A DNA stretch of 64,000 nucleotides from an uncultured delta proteobacterium (lineage in GTDB: Bacteria; Desulfobacterota; Binatia; UBA9968). The stretch covers positions 96,001 to 160,000 of the forward strand of contig CAVSLC010000023.1 of assembly GCA_963728565.1 (NCBI GenBank). Direction: 5' to 3'. The position numbers were made by a program, and so were the translations under genes. The notes under the pieces are model-generated. The model saw only the letters and a list, made by a program, of their open reading frames with translations, ran no database searches and was not told where the DNA came from. Of the stretch, positions 40,601 through 51,354 are shown in pieces (positions within the stretch are counted from its first letter, which is position 1; every line of letters starts with the position of its first letter).

Positions 40601-41487
40601 CTGCCATAGCGATTGCGGCGGTCGGCGCCGATTAAGTTTAGCTCGATACTGGTTTCGTTTCTTAAGACACGCAGACAGATGCGTTCTCCCGGTCGCTTCT
40701 TCCAAAGCTCCTGATAGAGTTGCCGCCGCGAGCGGATTTGCGTTTTCTCAACATCCAGAATGATGTCGCCCTCTTTAAGTCCCTGACGATCAGCCGGGCT
40801 CCCTTGCGTCACTCCGGCGACAACCACATGTCCGGCAAGCAAGTGGGGATAAAAACCTAACCAAGGCTTTTGACTGATCAGGGAACGTTGTTTGAACGCC
40901 TGCTCCTGATCAAGGTAATAGCGGATCGGAATGGCCAATGAGAATTTTCCAACATCCGCAAGATTCAGGGAAACCACGCCCAACAGCTCCGCTTTGAAAT
41001 TTGCCAATGTGCCGCCGCCGAAGCCCGGATTGACGGCTGTCACTCTCACCGTTTGATCGAGCATGTATTCCCAATGGCCGTCGTACGGTTCCAGTGAAGT
41101 AACATAGCCTCCACTCACTTTTCTTTCGTTGTTTCCGCTGCTGGCGACGATCAGGCTAGCCTGGCCAAGTGCGGCCGGTTCAGTCGCCGGTTTGAGAAAA
41201 GGCAGCCCGCGCACAGGGATTTTTAAAAGCGCGAGTCCGCTATCGAGATCCTGTGTGACGATTTCACCCGGATACTCTTCTCCTTCTGCCACGGTGACGG
41301 TAATGGACGAAGCTCCGGTCACCACGTAATTAACCGTTAGAATGTAGCCTTCCGGATCGACTATGGTTCCGGATCCGGTGCGCTCCGACCCTAGGTTCCT
41401 GGTGGACGGATGATCTTCTGGGATCGATGCTCGGATCTCTACTGTTGCCGGAATGATGGCATGGATCAAGCCGAGATGGCCGTTCAA
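40597..41487 (-). CDS. S1C (HtrA-like) trypsin domain + PDZ protein lacking the catalytic triad
   Basis: GSGTIVDPEGYILT, NPGFGGG, PDZ PWLG...GSPADRQGLKEGDII. Confidence 0.82.
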   Translation of the reverse strand: MNGHLGLIHAIIPATVEIRASIPEDHPSTRNLGSERTGSGTIVDPEGYILTVNYVVTGASSITVTVAEGEEYPGEIVTQDLDSGLALLKIPVRGLPFLKPATEPAALGQASLIVASSGNNERKVSGGYVTSLEPYDGHWEYMLDQTVRVTAVNPGFGGGTLANFKAELLGVVSLNLADVGKFSLAIPIRYYLDQEQAFKQRSLISQKPWLGFYPHLLAGHVVVAGVTQGSPADRQGLKEGDIILDVEKTQIRSRRQLYQELWKKRPGERICLRVLRNETSIELNLIGADRRNRYGS

Positions 41488-41928
41488 AGTCCTGCTCCTT
41501 ATGCGAGTTTACTCGCTGCTGTTACCGCGAGCACGTCGCTAGTACTATTCTGCGCGGCTTCAGCCGGTTTAAAGGTCTCCCGTGGATTCTATTGATGATT
41601 GCGAGCTTGTCAACGGTCAATGGGCGATTGCTAATTTGCTCGTTAGGCATGCGTGGATCGCGTTCAAATCTTTCATCAGCGCGATTCGCGCCTCTCTTAA
41701 GAAGGGTCAAGAGGAGCATATAAAATCGTAAATCACGGCGGCGGGTTCGAACAATCGATGGCGCAAGCGGAGCGCGGCATCAATACCGTTTGGCGCCGAA
41801 CAATCCCACTAACGGCAAATAGCAGGGCGCTGCCTTTAGCACCGCGGGTTTATTTACTGATGAAGAGGCCCAGCGTCGGAAGTTACGGATAAATCACAGA
41901 CTTTTGCATGTTTGTAATACCGGCCAAC

Positions 41929-41956
41929 TTGACAACAGAGCAGAATCCAATATATT
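41929..41956 (+). promoter_or_regulatory. Sigma70 promoter of the yceD-rpmF-plsX operon
   Basis: TTGACA-N16-TATATT, ending 30 bp upstream of ATG 41987. Confidence 0.6.
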
Positions 41957-41986
41957 CAAATGGTCCGGCCAACCAGTTCTTTCGCT

Positions 41987-42526
41987 ATGAAAATTCCCGT
42001 CGACCAGATAACTCAGTCTCCCAAAGAAATTATGTTTTCAGAGAAGATTGAGGATTTAAATTCGTTTTTCGCGAATGAAAAGTATCGTGATTTTCACTTT
42101 CCACCGGTGCTGGATGGAAGTCTGGTTTACTACAGATCGGGGCAGGAGCTTTTTTTCCAGGGATCTTTTGGCGGCAGATTCGAAGGCTGCTGCGGCCGAT
42201 GTTTAGCTAATTATTCGTTTGACGTCGAAAAGTCGTTTGACATAGTGTTAGTTCCGGACCCGGCGCGCCCCGAGCGCAAAGTTGAGGAGTTGAGGCGAGA
42301 GGAGCTAGGTTTGAGTTACTACTCAAGCGATATTATCGAGCTAGCGCCTTTAATCGAAGAGCAGGTTCTACTGGCCTTGCCGACCCGCCCGCTGTGTCGT
42401 GAAGATTGTCGAGGATTGTGTGGTGGTTGTGGAGTTAATCTCAATATTGAAGAGTGCGCCTGCGATCCCGCTGCGCCGTCCGACTCGCGTCTTGCGATTT
42501 TTCGGACGCTCAAAATCAATCGTTAG
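41987..42526 (+). CDS. yceD: YceD/DUF177 family protein
   Basis: CGRCL, LALPTRPLCREDCRGLC; lies directly upstream of rpmF. Confidence 0.92.
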   Translation: MKIPVDQITQSPKEIMFSEKIEDLNSFFANEKYRDFHFPPVLDGSLVYYRSGQELFFQGSFGGRFEGCCGRCLANYSFDVEKSFDIVLVPDPARPERKVEELRREELGLSYYSSDIIELAPLIEEQVLLALPTRPLCREDCRGLCGGCGVNLNIEECACDPAAPSDSRLAIFRTLKINR

Positions 42527-42587
42527 TTTACTGCCAGTTTTCTGAACATTGGTTCTGCCGTTTGCCGGCAGGAAGGATAGGGTTAAA

Positions 42588-42770
42588 ATGCCTGTACCAA
42601 AGAGACGAACTTCGAAACGAGTAAAAAACCAGCGGCGATCGCATGATGGCCTTACTCCGCCGCAATGGAGCACGTGTTCGCAGTGCGGCGAAACCGTCCT
42701 GCCTCATCGCGCTTGCCGTGCCTGCGGATTCTACCGCGGCCGGGCCGTTCTTAAAGTTGACGAGAGTTAG
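42588..42770 (+). CDS. rpmF: 50S ribosomal protein L32 (Zn-ribbon form)
   Basis: [10 protein letters not shown]...RRSH...[17 protein letters not shown]. Confidence 0.97.
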   Translation: MPVPKRRTSKRVKNQRRSHDGLTPPQWSTCSQCGETVLPHRACRACGFYRGRAVLKVDES

Positions 42771-42784
42771 TACTTCATTCCTCT

Positions 42785-43819
42785 ATGCCGAAAATCGCAG
42801 TCGACGCGATGGGGGGAGATCATGCCCCGGCGGTTATTGTTGAAGGCGCGCTGCTTGCGGCCCAAGACGTCGATGCGGAATTGATTCTTGTCGGGGACAA
42901 ACTCGCCGTTGAACAAGAATGTTTGCGCATCGGCGGCAAGCTCCCCCGTTTTTCGATTATTAACGCCACACAAACCGTATCTATGGACGAGTCCCCCAGC
43001 GTCGCGCTGAGGAAGAGAGATTCGTCGATGAAGGTCGCGTTCGAGATGATCAAGCGCGGCGAGGCGCAAGCCGTGGTCAGCGCCGGAAACTCGGGGGCCA
43101 TGATGGCCATCGGGATGCTGGTCATCGGCACGTTACCTCAAGTCACTCGACCCGCGATTCTAGCCATTGTCCCCGGAACATCTAAGGGAACCATCATCAT
43201 CGATGCCGGAGCCAATGTCGACTGCAAGCCGCGCCAGTTACTACAGTTTGGGATCATCGGCTCGGTGTACGCAGAGCGCGGGTTGGGTATCGTCAATCCC
43301 CGAGTCGGGGTGCTAAGCAACGGCGAAGAAGACAGCAAAGGGAACGAGTTGACCCGAGCGGCCAGCGAGCTTCTTGAGAGCGCGCCGGTAAACTATGTCG
43401 GATACGTCGAAGGCCGAGACTTTTTCAACGGTAAGGTCGATGTCATCGTATGCGATGGCTTTACAGGAAACGTGGCACTGAAGACCATGGAAGGGGTAGC
43501 GAGCTTTGCCGGCGAAATTTTAAAAAGCGGCTTTGAGAAAAGCTGGTTGAGTCGTTTGGGCTATTTGCTGACCCGACAGTCGCTGCGGCATGCCTATCGA
43601 AAGCTTGATTACGCCGAATACGGCGGAGCACGATTGCTGGGATTGGATGGAGTCGCCATTGTCGCCCATGGAGGGTCAACTGCGCTGGCAATAAAAAACG
43701 CCATTCGCGTTGCCAGTGAATCAGTTTCACAGAACGTAAACGGCCACATTAGCGCGGCTTTGGAATCGGCTCAGGCCGCAACTGAAAACAAAACTTTGTT
43801 GACTAAGATGCGGCCTTGA
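42785..43819 (+). CDS. plsX: Phosphate acyltransferase PlsX
   Basis: IAVDAMGGDHAP, SAGNSGA, DAGAN, VCDGFTGNVALK. Confidence 0.97.
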   Translation: MPKIAVDAMGGDHAPAVIVEGALLAAQDVDAELILVGDKLAVEQECLRIGGKLPRFSIINATQTVSMDESPSVALRKRDSSMKVAFEMIKRGEAQAVVSAGNSGAMMAIGMLVIGTLPQVTRPAILAIVPGTSKGTIIIDAGANVDCKPRQLLQFGIIGSVYAERGLGIVNPRVGVLSNGEEDSKGNELTRAASELLESAPVNYVGYVEGRDFFNGKVDVIVCDGFTGNVALKTMEGVASFAGEILKSGFEKSWLSRLGYLLTRQSLRHAYRKLDYAEYGGARLLGLDGVAIVAHGGSTALAIKNAIRVASESVSQNVNGHISAALESAQAATENKTLLTKMRP

Positions 43820-43863
43820 TCGAATCATGCATCGGGCCAAGGCCAGAGCGAAAGGGAACTGAA

Positions 43864-44809
43864 GTGGCGATTGCGGACAATGTGGCATTTCTTTTTCCCG
43901 GCCAAGGTTCCCAGTACGTCGGTATGGGCAAAGATTTGTGCGAGCACTATCCAGTTGCCGCGCAAGCTTTTGAAGAGGCCGAACAGACCCTCGGATTCTC
44001 ACTCAGCCAGCTATGTTTTCACGGCCCGGAAGCCGATCTTCAACTCACTGAGAATCACACAGCCGGCCGTTCTATCTGTCTCGGTAGCCGCGCTCCGCGT
44101 TTTGCAATCCGAAACCGCGGTTAAACCGGCTTATGTGGCGGGTCATAGCCTCGGCGAATACAGTGCACTGGTGTGCGTCGGCGCGCTCTCGTTCAGCGAC
44201 GCCCTAAGAGTCGTGCGCGAGCGTGGTCGTTTGATGCAGGCGGCTGTGCCCCTGGGAACGGGCGCCATGGCGGTCATCATAGGTCTCGATGCGGCAGCGG
44301 TCAGCTCTATCTGCAAACAGGCAGAGGACGGGGAAGTGGTCGCGCCTGCAAATTATAACGGCGGCGGTCAAATCGTGATCGCCGGTTCCAAGGCTGCCGT
44401 AGCCCGCGCAATGCTTCTTGCGAAGTCCGACGGCGCAAAGCGTGTTCTCGAGCTGCCGGTCAGCGCGCCATTTCACTGTCCATTGATGAAGCCGGCGGCA
44501 GAAGGATTGAAACGTATTCTGAACGATGTGGCGATTCATCCATTCACGGTCGGGGTTATCAGCAACGTAAACGCCGAGGTGAATCTCGATGCTGCCCGGA
44601 TCAAGTTATTGCTAACAGAGCAAGCGATGAGACCGGTACGTTGGGAAGAGTCCGTCAAGAGATTGGAGAGTCTCGGCATCTCTAGAATGCTTGAAGTCGG
44701 TCCTGGAAGAGTTCTAAAAGGATTGGTGAAGCGGATCAGCCCGAACATACGGGTCGATACGTTCGAAGCACCGAAAGACCTTGCCCGCTTAAGGGATGAC
44801 ATCAAATGA
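43864..44809 (+). CDS. fabD: Malonyl-CoA:ACP transacylase FabD, frameshifted near 44056
   Basis: AFLFPGQGSQ...LTEN|TQPA after removing one C; GHSLGEY, VSAPFH, PVRW. Confidence 0.93.
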
Positions 44810-45549
44810 AATTGAGCGGGCAAGTAGCTCTGGTGACAGGCGCAAGTCGCGGCATCGGTCGGGCTATCGCCGTGGCTCTCGGTCAAGCGGGAGCATACGT
44901 GATAATTAATTACCGTGGCAATCAAGAGGCTGCTGAGTCGGCGCTCGAAGAGCTTCACGGCGCCGGTGGCCAAGGGGAACTTTGCCGATTCGATGTCGCA
45001 GTGGAAACTGATGTTGAGGCGGCTGTCAAGAAAATCGTTGACGGACAAGGGAAAGTTGATATTCTGGTCAATAATGCCGGGGTGACCTCTGATACTCTTC
45101 TAATTCGCTCAAAGGCCCAAGATTGGGATCAGGTCATAGGGACTAATCTCAGGGGAACGGTTCTCTGTACCAAATCGGTTTGCCGTGCCATGATCCGCCA
45201 GCGTTATGGTAGGATCGTTAATCTTTCTTCGGTGGTTGGACAGACCGGCAACGTCGGACAATCAATCTACGCGGCAACAAAGGCGGGCATCCTCGGGTTT
45301 ACCAAATCAATCGCGCGGGAACTCGCGTCGCGCGGGATCACTGTGAACGCCGTGGCTCCGGGTTTTATTGAAACCGAAATGACCGCGAATTTATCGCCGC
45401 AACTTCAGGAGGAGTTTCTTCGCTCGATTCCCTTGGGCAGGTTTGGCAGGAGCGAGGAAGTGGCGCAAATGGTGGTGTTTCTCACGGGACCGGGAGCAGC
45501 CTATATTACCGGTCAAGTGATGAATGTTAATGGCGGACTTTACATGTAG
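44806..45549 (+). CDS. fabG: 3-oxoacyl-ACP reductase
   Basis: [30 protein letters not shown]. Confidence 0.96.
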   Translation: MKLSGQVALVTGASRGIGRAIAVALGQAGAYVIINYRGNQEAAESALEELHGAGGQGELCRFDVAVETDVEAAVKKIVDGQGKVDILVNNAGVTSDTLLIRSKAQDWDQVIGTNLRGTVLCTKSVCRAMIRQRYGRIVNLSSVVGQTGNVGQSIYAATKAGILGFTKSIARELASRGITVNAVAPGFIETEMTANLSPQLQEEFLRSIPLGRFGRSEEVAQMVVFLTGPGAAYITGQVMNVNGGLYM

Positions 45550-45581
45550 CAAGAATGGCGAATAAGCAGGAGGAAAACAAA

Positions 45582-45818
45582 ATGGCGGCATCTGTGCAGG
45601 CTAGGGTAAAAGAGATCGTGTGTGAACAGTTGGGGGTAAGCGAGGATGAGGTGGTTCCTGAAGCATCTTTCATCGAGGATCTAGGGGCGGATTCGTTGGA
45701 TATTGTCGAATTAGTGATGGCTCTGGAAGAAGAGTACGAGATGGAGATTTCCGACGAGGATGCCGAGAAAATTAAGACTGTGCAGGACGTCATCTCGTAT
45801 ATCGATAATCATCGTTAA
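45582..45818 (+). CDS. acpP: Acyl carrier protein
   Basis: [19 protein letters not shown]; ggagg RBS. Confidence 0.97.
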   Translation: MAASVQARVKEIVCEQLGVSEDEVVPEASFIEDLGADSLDIVELVMALEEEYEMEISDEDAEKIKTVQDVISYIDNHR

Positions 45819-45962
45819 CTGTTGGTCCATTCAGAATTTCGGCGGCGAGATAATGCATCCCGAGCTGGAGCTTTGACCCATTAGGACTCGGGCTCGCACG
45901 AGGGGTACAACGATTCCTGCAACCTCGCTTTCGCCGGGAGAAGATTCCATCTCGATAATTTC

Positions 45963-46427
45963 ATGATTGCTATGGGTAGTGACCACGGCGGAGTAGAACT
46001 CAAAGATTTCTTAGCCGGCGTGCTCCGTTCAAAAAATATCGAGGTGCAGGACCTCGGCACACATAGCAGTGAATCGGTCGACTATCCCGACTTTGGCCGG
46101 CTGGTGTCGCAGCAAGTCTCAGAAGGAGAGGCGGATCGAGGAATATTAATCTGTACCACCGGGATTGGGATGTCCATCCTAGCCAACAAGTATCCCAATG
46201 TTCGGGCCGCTTTGGTGCAGGATCGTGAAACAGCGCGCACCAGTCGCGAGCACAACGACGCAAATGTTTTAGTTCTCGCCGGAGCTACCACCGAACCTGC
46301 CGTAGCCCGCGAGATTTTGGAGATCTGGATTAACACGCCTTTTGCCGGCGGGCGCCATCAACGACGTCTCGATAAGATAACTGAAATTGAGCGAGATTTA
46401 GTAACACTGAGAAAACACCGGCGGTAG
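45963..46427 (+). CDS. rpiB: Ribose-5-phosphate isomerase B
   Basis: GSDHGG, SVDYPD, CTTGIG, HNDAN, GGRHQRR. Confidence 0.96.
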   Translation: MIAMGSDHGGVELKDFLAGVLRSKNIEVQDLGTHSSESVDYPDFGRLVSQQVSEGEADRGILICTTGIGMSILANKYPNVRAALVQDRETARTSREHNDANVLVLAGATTEPAVAREILEIWINTPFAGGRHQRRLDKITEIERDLVTLRKHRR

Positions 46428-46449
46428 CAAGCGCGAAGGATCTTGATTG

Positions 46450-47703
46450 ATGTCTTTTCTGCAGCAAACCGACAGCGAAGTTTTTGCCTCGATCCAAAAG
46501 GAAACGAACAGGCTCGAACAGAATTTGGAGCTGATCGCGTCTGAGAACGTCGTCAGCGAAGCGGTGTTGGAAGCTCAGGGCTGCGTGATGACTAACAAGT
46601 ATGCAGAAGGCTATCCAGGCAAGCGCTATTACGGCGGCTGTGAATTTGTCGATGAGGTCGAATCTCTGGCCATAGCCAGGGCCCGAGAGCTCTTCGGCGC
46701 CGATCATGCAAACGTGCAGCCTCATTCCGGCAGCCAAGCTAACATGACCGTCTATCTGTCCGTGCTTAAGCCGGGCGATTGTTATCTCGGGATGAATCTT
46801 GCGCATGGTGGCCATTTATCGATGGGCAGCCCAGTCAATTTTTCCGGCATCCTGTACCGCGTCATCCCCTACGGGGTCTCAGAAAAAACTGAAACCATCG
46901 ACTATGATGAAGTGGCCAAACTCGCGCGCGAACACCGGCCGAAACTGATCATTGCCGGTGCCAGCGCCTATCCGCGAATCATAGACTTTGCTGAATTTCG
47001 TCAAATTGCAGATGAGGCGGGAGCGCTTTTGATGGTAGACATGGCGCATATTGCCGGTTTGGTTGCAGCGGGTGCCCATCCTAGCCCAGTCCCTTATGCC
47101 GATTTTGTTACCACCACGACCCACAAAACTCTAAGAGGCCCTCGCGGAGGAATGGTCTTGTGCCGCGCCGCTCATGCTAAAACAATCGACAGCAAAGTCT
47201 TCCCCGGCATGCAAGGCGGTCCGTTGATGCACGTAATCGCTGCCAAGGCCGTGGCCCTGAAAGAGGCGCTCGATCCAGGGTTCAGGATCTATCAACAGCA
47301 AATTGTAAAGAACGCTCAAGCCCTGGCGAAATCTCTCAGCTCGAACGGCTACCGCCTTACCTCAGGGGGTACCGACAATCATTTGATGCTGGTGGATCTG
47401 CGGAAATCTGAACTGACAGGCAAAGCGGCACAGGAGACTCTCGATCGGGCGCACATTACGGTTAACCGCAACGCGGTGCCATTCGATACGCGGTCCCCGT
47501 TTATCACCAGCGGAATTCGCATCGGTACGCCCGCCGTTACGAGCCGTGGCATGAAGGAGGAGGAAATGGGCCTGATCGGCGATTTGATCGCCAGGGCGCT
47601 CGGCCATGTGGATGATGAAAACATTTTAAGCGAGGTTGCTAAGCAGGTGGCCGCGCTGTGCAGAAAATTTCCAGTTTATCCGCACCGGCTTCCGTCAAAT
47701 TGA
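46450..47703 (+). CDS. glyA: Serine hydroxymethyltransferase
   Basis: [36 protein letters not shown]. Confidence 0.98.
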   Translation: MSFLQQTDSEVFASIQKETNRLEQNLELIASENVVSEAVLEAQGCVMTNKYAEGYPGKRYYGGCEFVDEVESLAIARARELFGADHANVQPHSGSQANMTVYLSVLKPGDCYLGMNLAHGGHLSMGSPVNFSGILYRVIPYGVSEKTETIDYDEVAKLAREHRPKLIIAGASAYPRIIDFAEFRQIADEAGALLMVDMAHIAGLVAAGAHPSPVPYADFVTTTTHKTLRGPRGGMVLCRAAHAKTIDSKVFPGMQGGPLMHVIAAKAVALKEALDPGFRIYQQQIVKNAQALAKSLSSNGYRLTSGGTDNHLMLVDLRKSELTGKAAQETLDRAHITVNRNAVPFDTRSPFITSGIRIGTPAVTSRGMKEEEMGLIGDLIARALGHVDDENILSEVAKQVAALCRKFPVYPHRLPSN

Positions 47704-47827
47704 CCTGATCGGTATAGTCAACCTACATTAATCCCGCCAACCCCACAGGATTTACTCTGCGGTCCTGCGATAATCTATTGCCTGGTTTACATAAGAACTA
47801 GCTGGCTGTGCTCGAAGGAACAATCGG

Positions 47828-48331
47828 ATGAAATGCCCCTTTTGTCATGAGACCGAGAACCGCGTCATCGATTCACGCTTGAGCAAGGATAGCAATATGA
47901 TCCGGCGCCGGCGCGAGTGCTCCAAGTGCTCGCGCCGATTCACCACCTATGAACGGGTCGAAGAGATGATGCCATTGGTGGTCAAAAAAGATGGACGTCG
48001 GGAAGCTTACGAGAGGATCAAGATAATCAATGGGCTTAAACGGGCCTGTGAGAAGCGACCCGTCAGCATCAATACCATCGAAGCCATTGCCGACCGGATC
48101 GAGCGCAATCTTCAGGAACGCGGGGAAAAAGAAATATTGAGCTCAGTTATCGGCGAGGCGACGATGCGAGAACTTCACGATACCGATGAGGTGGCTTACG
48201 TTCGGTTCGCTTCAGTGTACCGCTCATTCAAAGATATCAACGAGTTCATGGTGGAGTTGGAGGAGCTTCTCAAGGAACGAAAAGAAATATCCGCGGCTCG
48301 AGTAAGCGCTTCGCGACAGAAAAGGAGTTAG
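47828..48331 (+). CDS. nrdR: Transcriptional repressor NrdR
   Basis: [18 protein letters not shown] cone, [10 protein letters not shown]. Confidence 0.97.
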   Translation: MKCPFCHETENRVIDSRLSKDSNMIRRRRECSKCSRRFTTYERVEEMMPLVVKKDGRREAYERIKIINGLKRACEKRPVSINTIEAIADRIERNLQERGEKEILSSVIGEATMRELHDTDEVAYVRFASVYRSFKDINEFMVELEELLKERKEISAARVSASRQKRS

Positions 48332-48334
48332 CCG

Positions 48335-49437
48335 GTGCGGCTGCGACGCCAACAGCAACTTGATCGCCTCTATATGCGGATGGCCTGCCGCCTTGCTGCG
48401 AAAGCCGCCGGAAGGACCAGCCCCAACCCTATGGTCGGCGCGGTGCTGCTGCGCGATGGGAAAATGATCGCATCCGGTTTTCACCAATTTGCCGGCGGCG
48501 ACCATGCCGAGATCGTTGCGCTTAAAAAGGCCGGCAATAAGGCTAAGGGAGCCACACTCTATATCAATCTTGAACCATGCAATCATTACGGTAGAACACC
48601 GCCATGCACCCGCGCTTTGATCGCTGCAGGTGTCAAGGAAATAGTTGTCGGCATGAAAGACCCTAATCCGTTGGTATCCGGCAAAGGACTGCGGGCGCTC
48701 ATCCGGGTGGGCATCAAAGTTCGCACCGGTGTTCTCGAAGAAGAATGTCGAGCACTGAACGAGGCATTTACCAAGTTCATCACTCGCGGAGTGCCGTTTG
48801 TTGCGCTCAAGCTGGCGGCGTCACTCGACGGAAAGATTGCGACGGCAAGCGGAGATGCCCGTTGGATTAGCTGCGAAGAATCTCGCGCCACCGTGCATCG
48901 CTTGCGCAATAGCTATGATGCGGTGCTGGTGGGAGCGGGCACGGTGATTACCGACAATCCGCAATTGACTTGCCGTATGCCGGGAGGACGAGATCCGTGG
49001 AGGATCATCCTTGATGCGCGTTTACGAATTCCTCTTGACGCCAAGTTTTTGCGCCAGCGCAGCAGCGATAAAAACATCATTGTGACAAGCGATACCGCTC
49101 CCGCGGGTAAGATTCGCGCGCTGGAAAATTTAGGCGCAACGGTTTGGCGGATGCCTGCGCGCGAAGGCGCGGTGCGGTGGCTTCCGCTGCTGAGAAAACT
49201 GGCCAAAACCGGCATTGCCAGCGTGCTTATTGAAGGTGGGGCAACCACCGCTGCCGGCGCTTTGAAGGAGAAGATGGTAGACAAAATGCTGCTTTTCTAC
49301 GCCCCAAAACTTCTGGGTGGCGACGGGCATTATATGATCGACAGCTTGGGAGTCGAACATATCAAGCAATCTGTCATGCTTCAAAATCTGACAATTCAGA
49401 AATCAGGCGCCGACTTGCTGGTTTCAGGATATCTTGA
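48335..49437 (+). CDS. ribD: Bifunctional deaminase/reductase RibD (stop codon apparently lost; reads into ribE)
   Basis: TSPNPMVG, HAE, LEPC...TPPC, SLDGKIA, IEGG; domain ends at DLLVSGYL near 49435. Confidence 0.92.
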
Positions 49438-49486
49438 GACGAGCGGCGCTGATCCGATTGCGCTAAGCTATAGGTTCGCCTGCATC

Positions 49487-50092
49487 ATGTTTACCGGTCT
49501 AATCGAAGATGTCGGACGCGTCGCGAGCTTAGTGCTGAGTAAGCAGTCAGCGGTTTTGACTGTGGAATCAAGTTTGGCGCTTCGGGGGATCCCATTGGGC
49601 GCCAGTATCGCCGTCAACGGCGCATGCTTAACGGTCGTTCAAAAAGACAAAAGGACAGTGGCATTTGACGTTTCGCCGGAGACATTGGAGCGTACCAGTT
49701 TAGGTACCGTCCAACCTGGCACACTGCTCAATCTCGAACGTTCGATGCGGCTCGAGGATCGGCTGGGCGGGCATTTGGTTACCGGCCACATAGACGGCGT
49801 CGGGATTGTGCATTCGGTCGAAAAAAAAGGAGACTTCACGTTTTTTTCCTTCCGGCTTGGGCAACGTTTGGGATCACTGCTGGTTTCCAAGGGGTCGGTT
49901 GCCGTTGATGGCATCAGCTTGACTGTGAACCAATGCAGCGCCCGGAGGTTCAGCGTCGCGATCATCCCATTTACTTTGCAAAACACTAATTTGCGCGCCC
50001 GTAGGGTTGGTGATAAAGTCAATGTCGAAACTGATCTAATCGGCAAGTACGTTCGTCACTTCGTTAACCAACGAACTAAGAATCAGCTTTAA
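49487..50092 (+). CDS. ribE: Riboflavin synthase
   Basis: MFTGLIE N-terminal motif, SIAVNGACLT, GGHLVTGHIDG, KGSVAVDGISLT, VNVETD. Confidence 0.95.
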   Translation: MFTGLIEDVGRVASLVLSKQSAVLTVESSLALRGIPLGASIAVNGACLTVVQKDKRTVAFDVSPETLERTSLGTVQPGTLLNLERSMRLEDRLGGHLVTGHIDGVGIVHSVEKKGDFTFFSFRLGQRLGSLLVSKGSVAVDGISLTVNQCSARRFSVAIIPFTLQNTNLRARRVGDKVNVETDLIGKYVRHFVNQRTKNQL

Positions 50093-50117
50093 CGCTCGAC
50101 GCCATTTAGGTACCACC

Positions 50118-51344
50118 ATGCCCATCTCCAGTATCGATGAAGCCCTCGAAGATCTTCGCCAGGGGCGGATGATTATTCTCGTCAATGAGGAGGCTGCCGA
50201 CAGCGACGGGTTTTTTTGCATTCCGGCGGAGAAAGTCAACGCCGAGATCATCAATCAGATGCTGCACCACGGCAGAGGGGTCATTTATCTGGCACTCACC
50301 GAAGAACGAATTCGCCAACTGGGCATTCTGCTGATTCCGCATGAAAGCAGCAACTTCTCCGGGCATCTATTCGGAGCGGCTTTTTCCGCGCGTCTTGAAG
50401 GTGTGCCTGCGGTCTCCGCCAAGGGGCGCGCGCATACGATTCAAGTCGCCGTTGCGGATCAAGCAAAACATGCGGACTTAATCGTTCCGGGACATATCCA
50501 GCCGATCCAAGCGCGCTCCGGGGGAGTACTGGCACGCTCGGGGCGAGCGGAAGCTTCGATCGATTTAGCGCGCTTGTGCGGATTTACCCCTGCAGGGGTG
50601 ATCTGCCACATACTCAACGATGACGGTGCTGTGGCATTGTTGCCGGATCTGGAACAGCTCGCGGAGCGAATGGGAATAAAAGTCGTGGCCGTGACCCGGC
50701 TGATCGCTTATCGCTTGCGCAATGAAAGCTTGGTAAAACGAGCCGCCGAGGAGATCTTTCCGACAATCCATGGCGGCATGTACAAGGCTATCGTTTATCG
50801 AAACGAAGTGGATGCTTCCGAGCATATGGCGCTGGTTAAGGGGGATATCAGCAATCCTGATAGCGTCCTGGTGCGTTTGCATTCGGAATGCTTGACCGGA
50901 GATGTTTTCGGCTCAGAGCGCTGCGACTGTGGCGACCAGATCCGCCAATCGCTCAGGCTCATTGATCAGGCTGGCAAAGGCGTACTCGTTTATATGCATC
51001 AAGAGGGTCGTGGCATAGGTCTCACCAACAAGATTAAAGCATATGCGTTGCAGGATCGGGGCTTTGATACCGTGGAGGCCAATCTGGAACTAGGGTTCAA
51101 AGAAGATCTCCGGGACTATGGGATCGCCGCTCAGATGCTGCGGGATCTGGGGGTGAAAAGCGTTCGCCTGTTGACCAACAACCCGCGAAAAATTTCTGGT
51201 ATCGAAGAGTACGGGGTGAGGGTCAAAGAAAGAGTTCCTCTCGAAGTATCGCCTCGTGACACCAATATTCATTACCTGCGCACTAAGCAAAAAAAACTCG
51301 GCCACTTGCTAACCAATCTGGAAGCGAAACCGGCTAAATCTTGA
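50118..51344 (+). CDS. ribA: RibBA-architecture protein: degenerate DHBP synthase domain plus GTP cyclohydrolase II
   Basis: C-terminal RLHSECLTGDVFGSERCDC, QEGRGIGL, DTVEAN and LLTNNP are intact; the N-terminal RibB fold has lost its catalytic motifs. Confidence 0.9.
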   Translation: MPISSIDEALEDLRQGRMIILVNEEAADSDGFFCIPAEKVNAEIINQMLHHGRGVIYLALTEERIRQLGILLIPHESSNFSGHLFGAAFSARLEGVPAVSAKGRAHTIQVAVADQAKHADLIVPGHIQPIQARSGGVLARSGRAEASIDLARLCGFTPAGVICHILNDDGAVALLPDLEQLAERMGIKVVAVTRLIAYRLRNESLVKRAAEEIFPTIHGGMYKAIVYRNEVDASEHMALVKGDISNPDSVLVRLHSECLTGDVFGSERCDCGDQIRQSLRLIDQAGKGVLVYMHQEGRGIGLTNKIKAYALQDRGFDTVEANLELGFKEDLRDYGIAAQMLRDLGVKSVRLLTNNPRKISGIEEYGVRVKERVPLEVSPRDTNIHYLRTKQKKLGHLLTNLEAKPAKS

Positions 51345-51354
51345 CCTTCCGTTT

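Noticed and set aside
41738-41760. GCGGGTTCGAA resembling a tRNA T-loop
   Set aside because: No complementary T-stem or cloverleaf around it.
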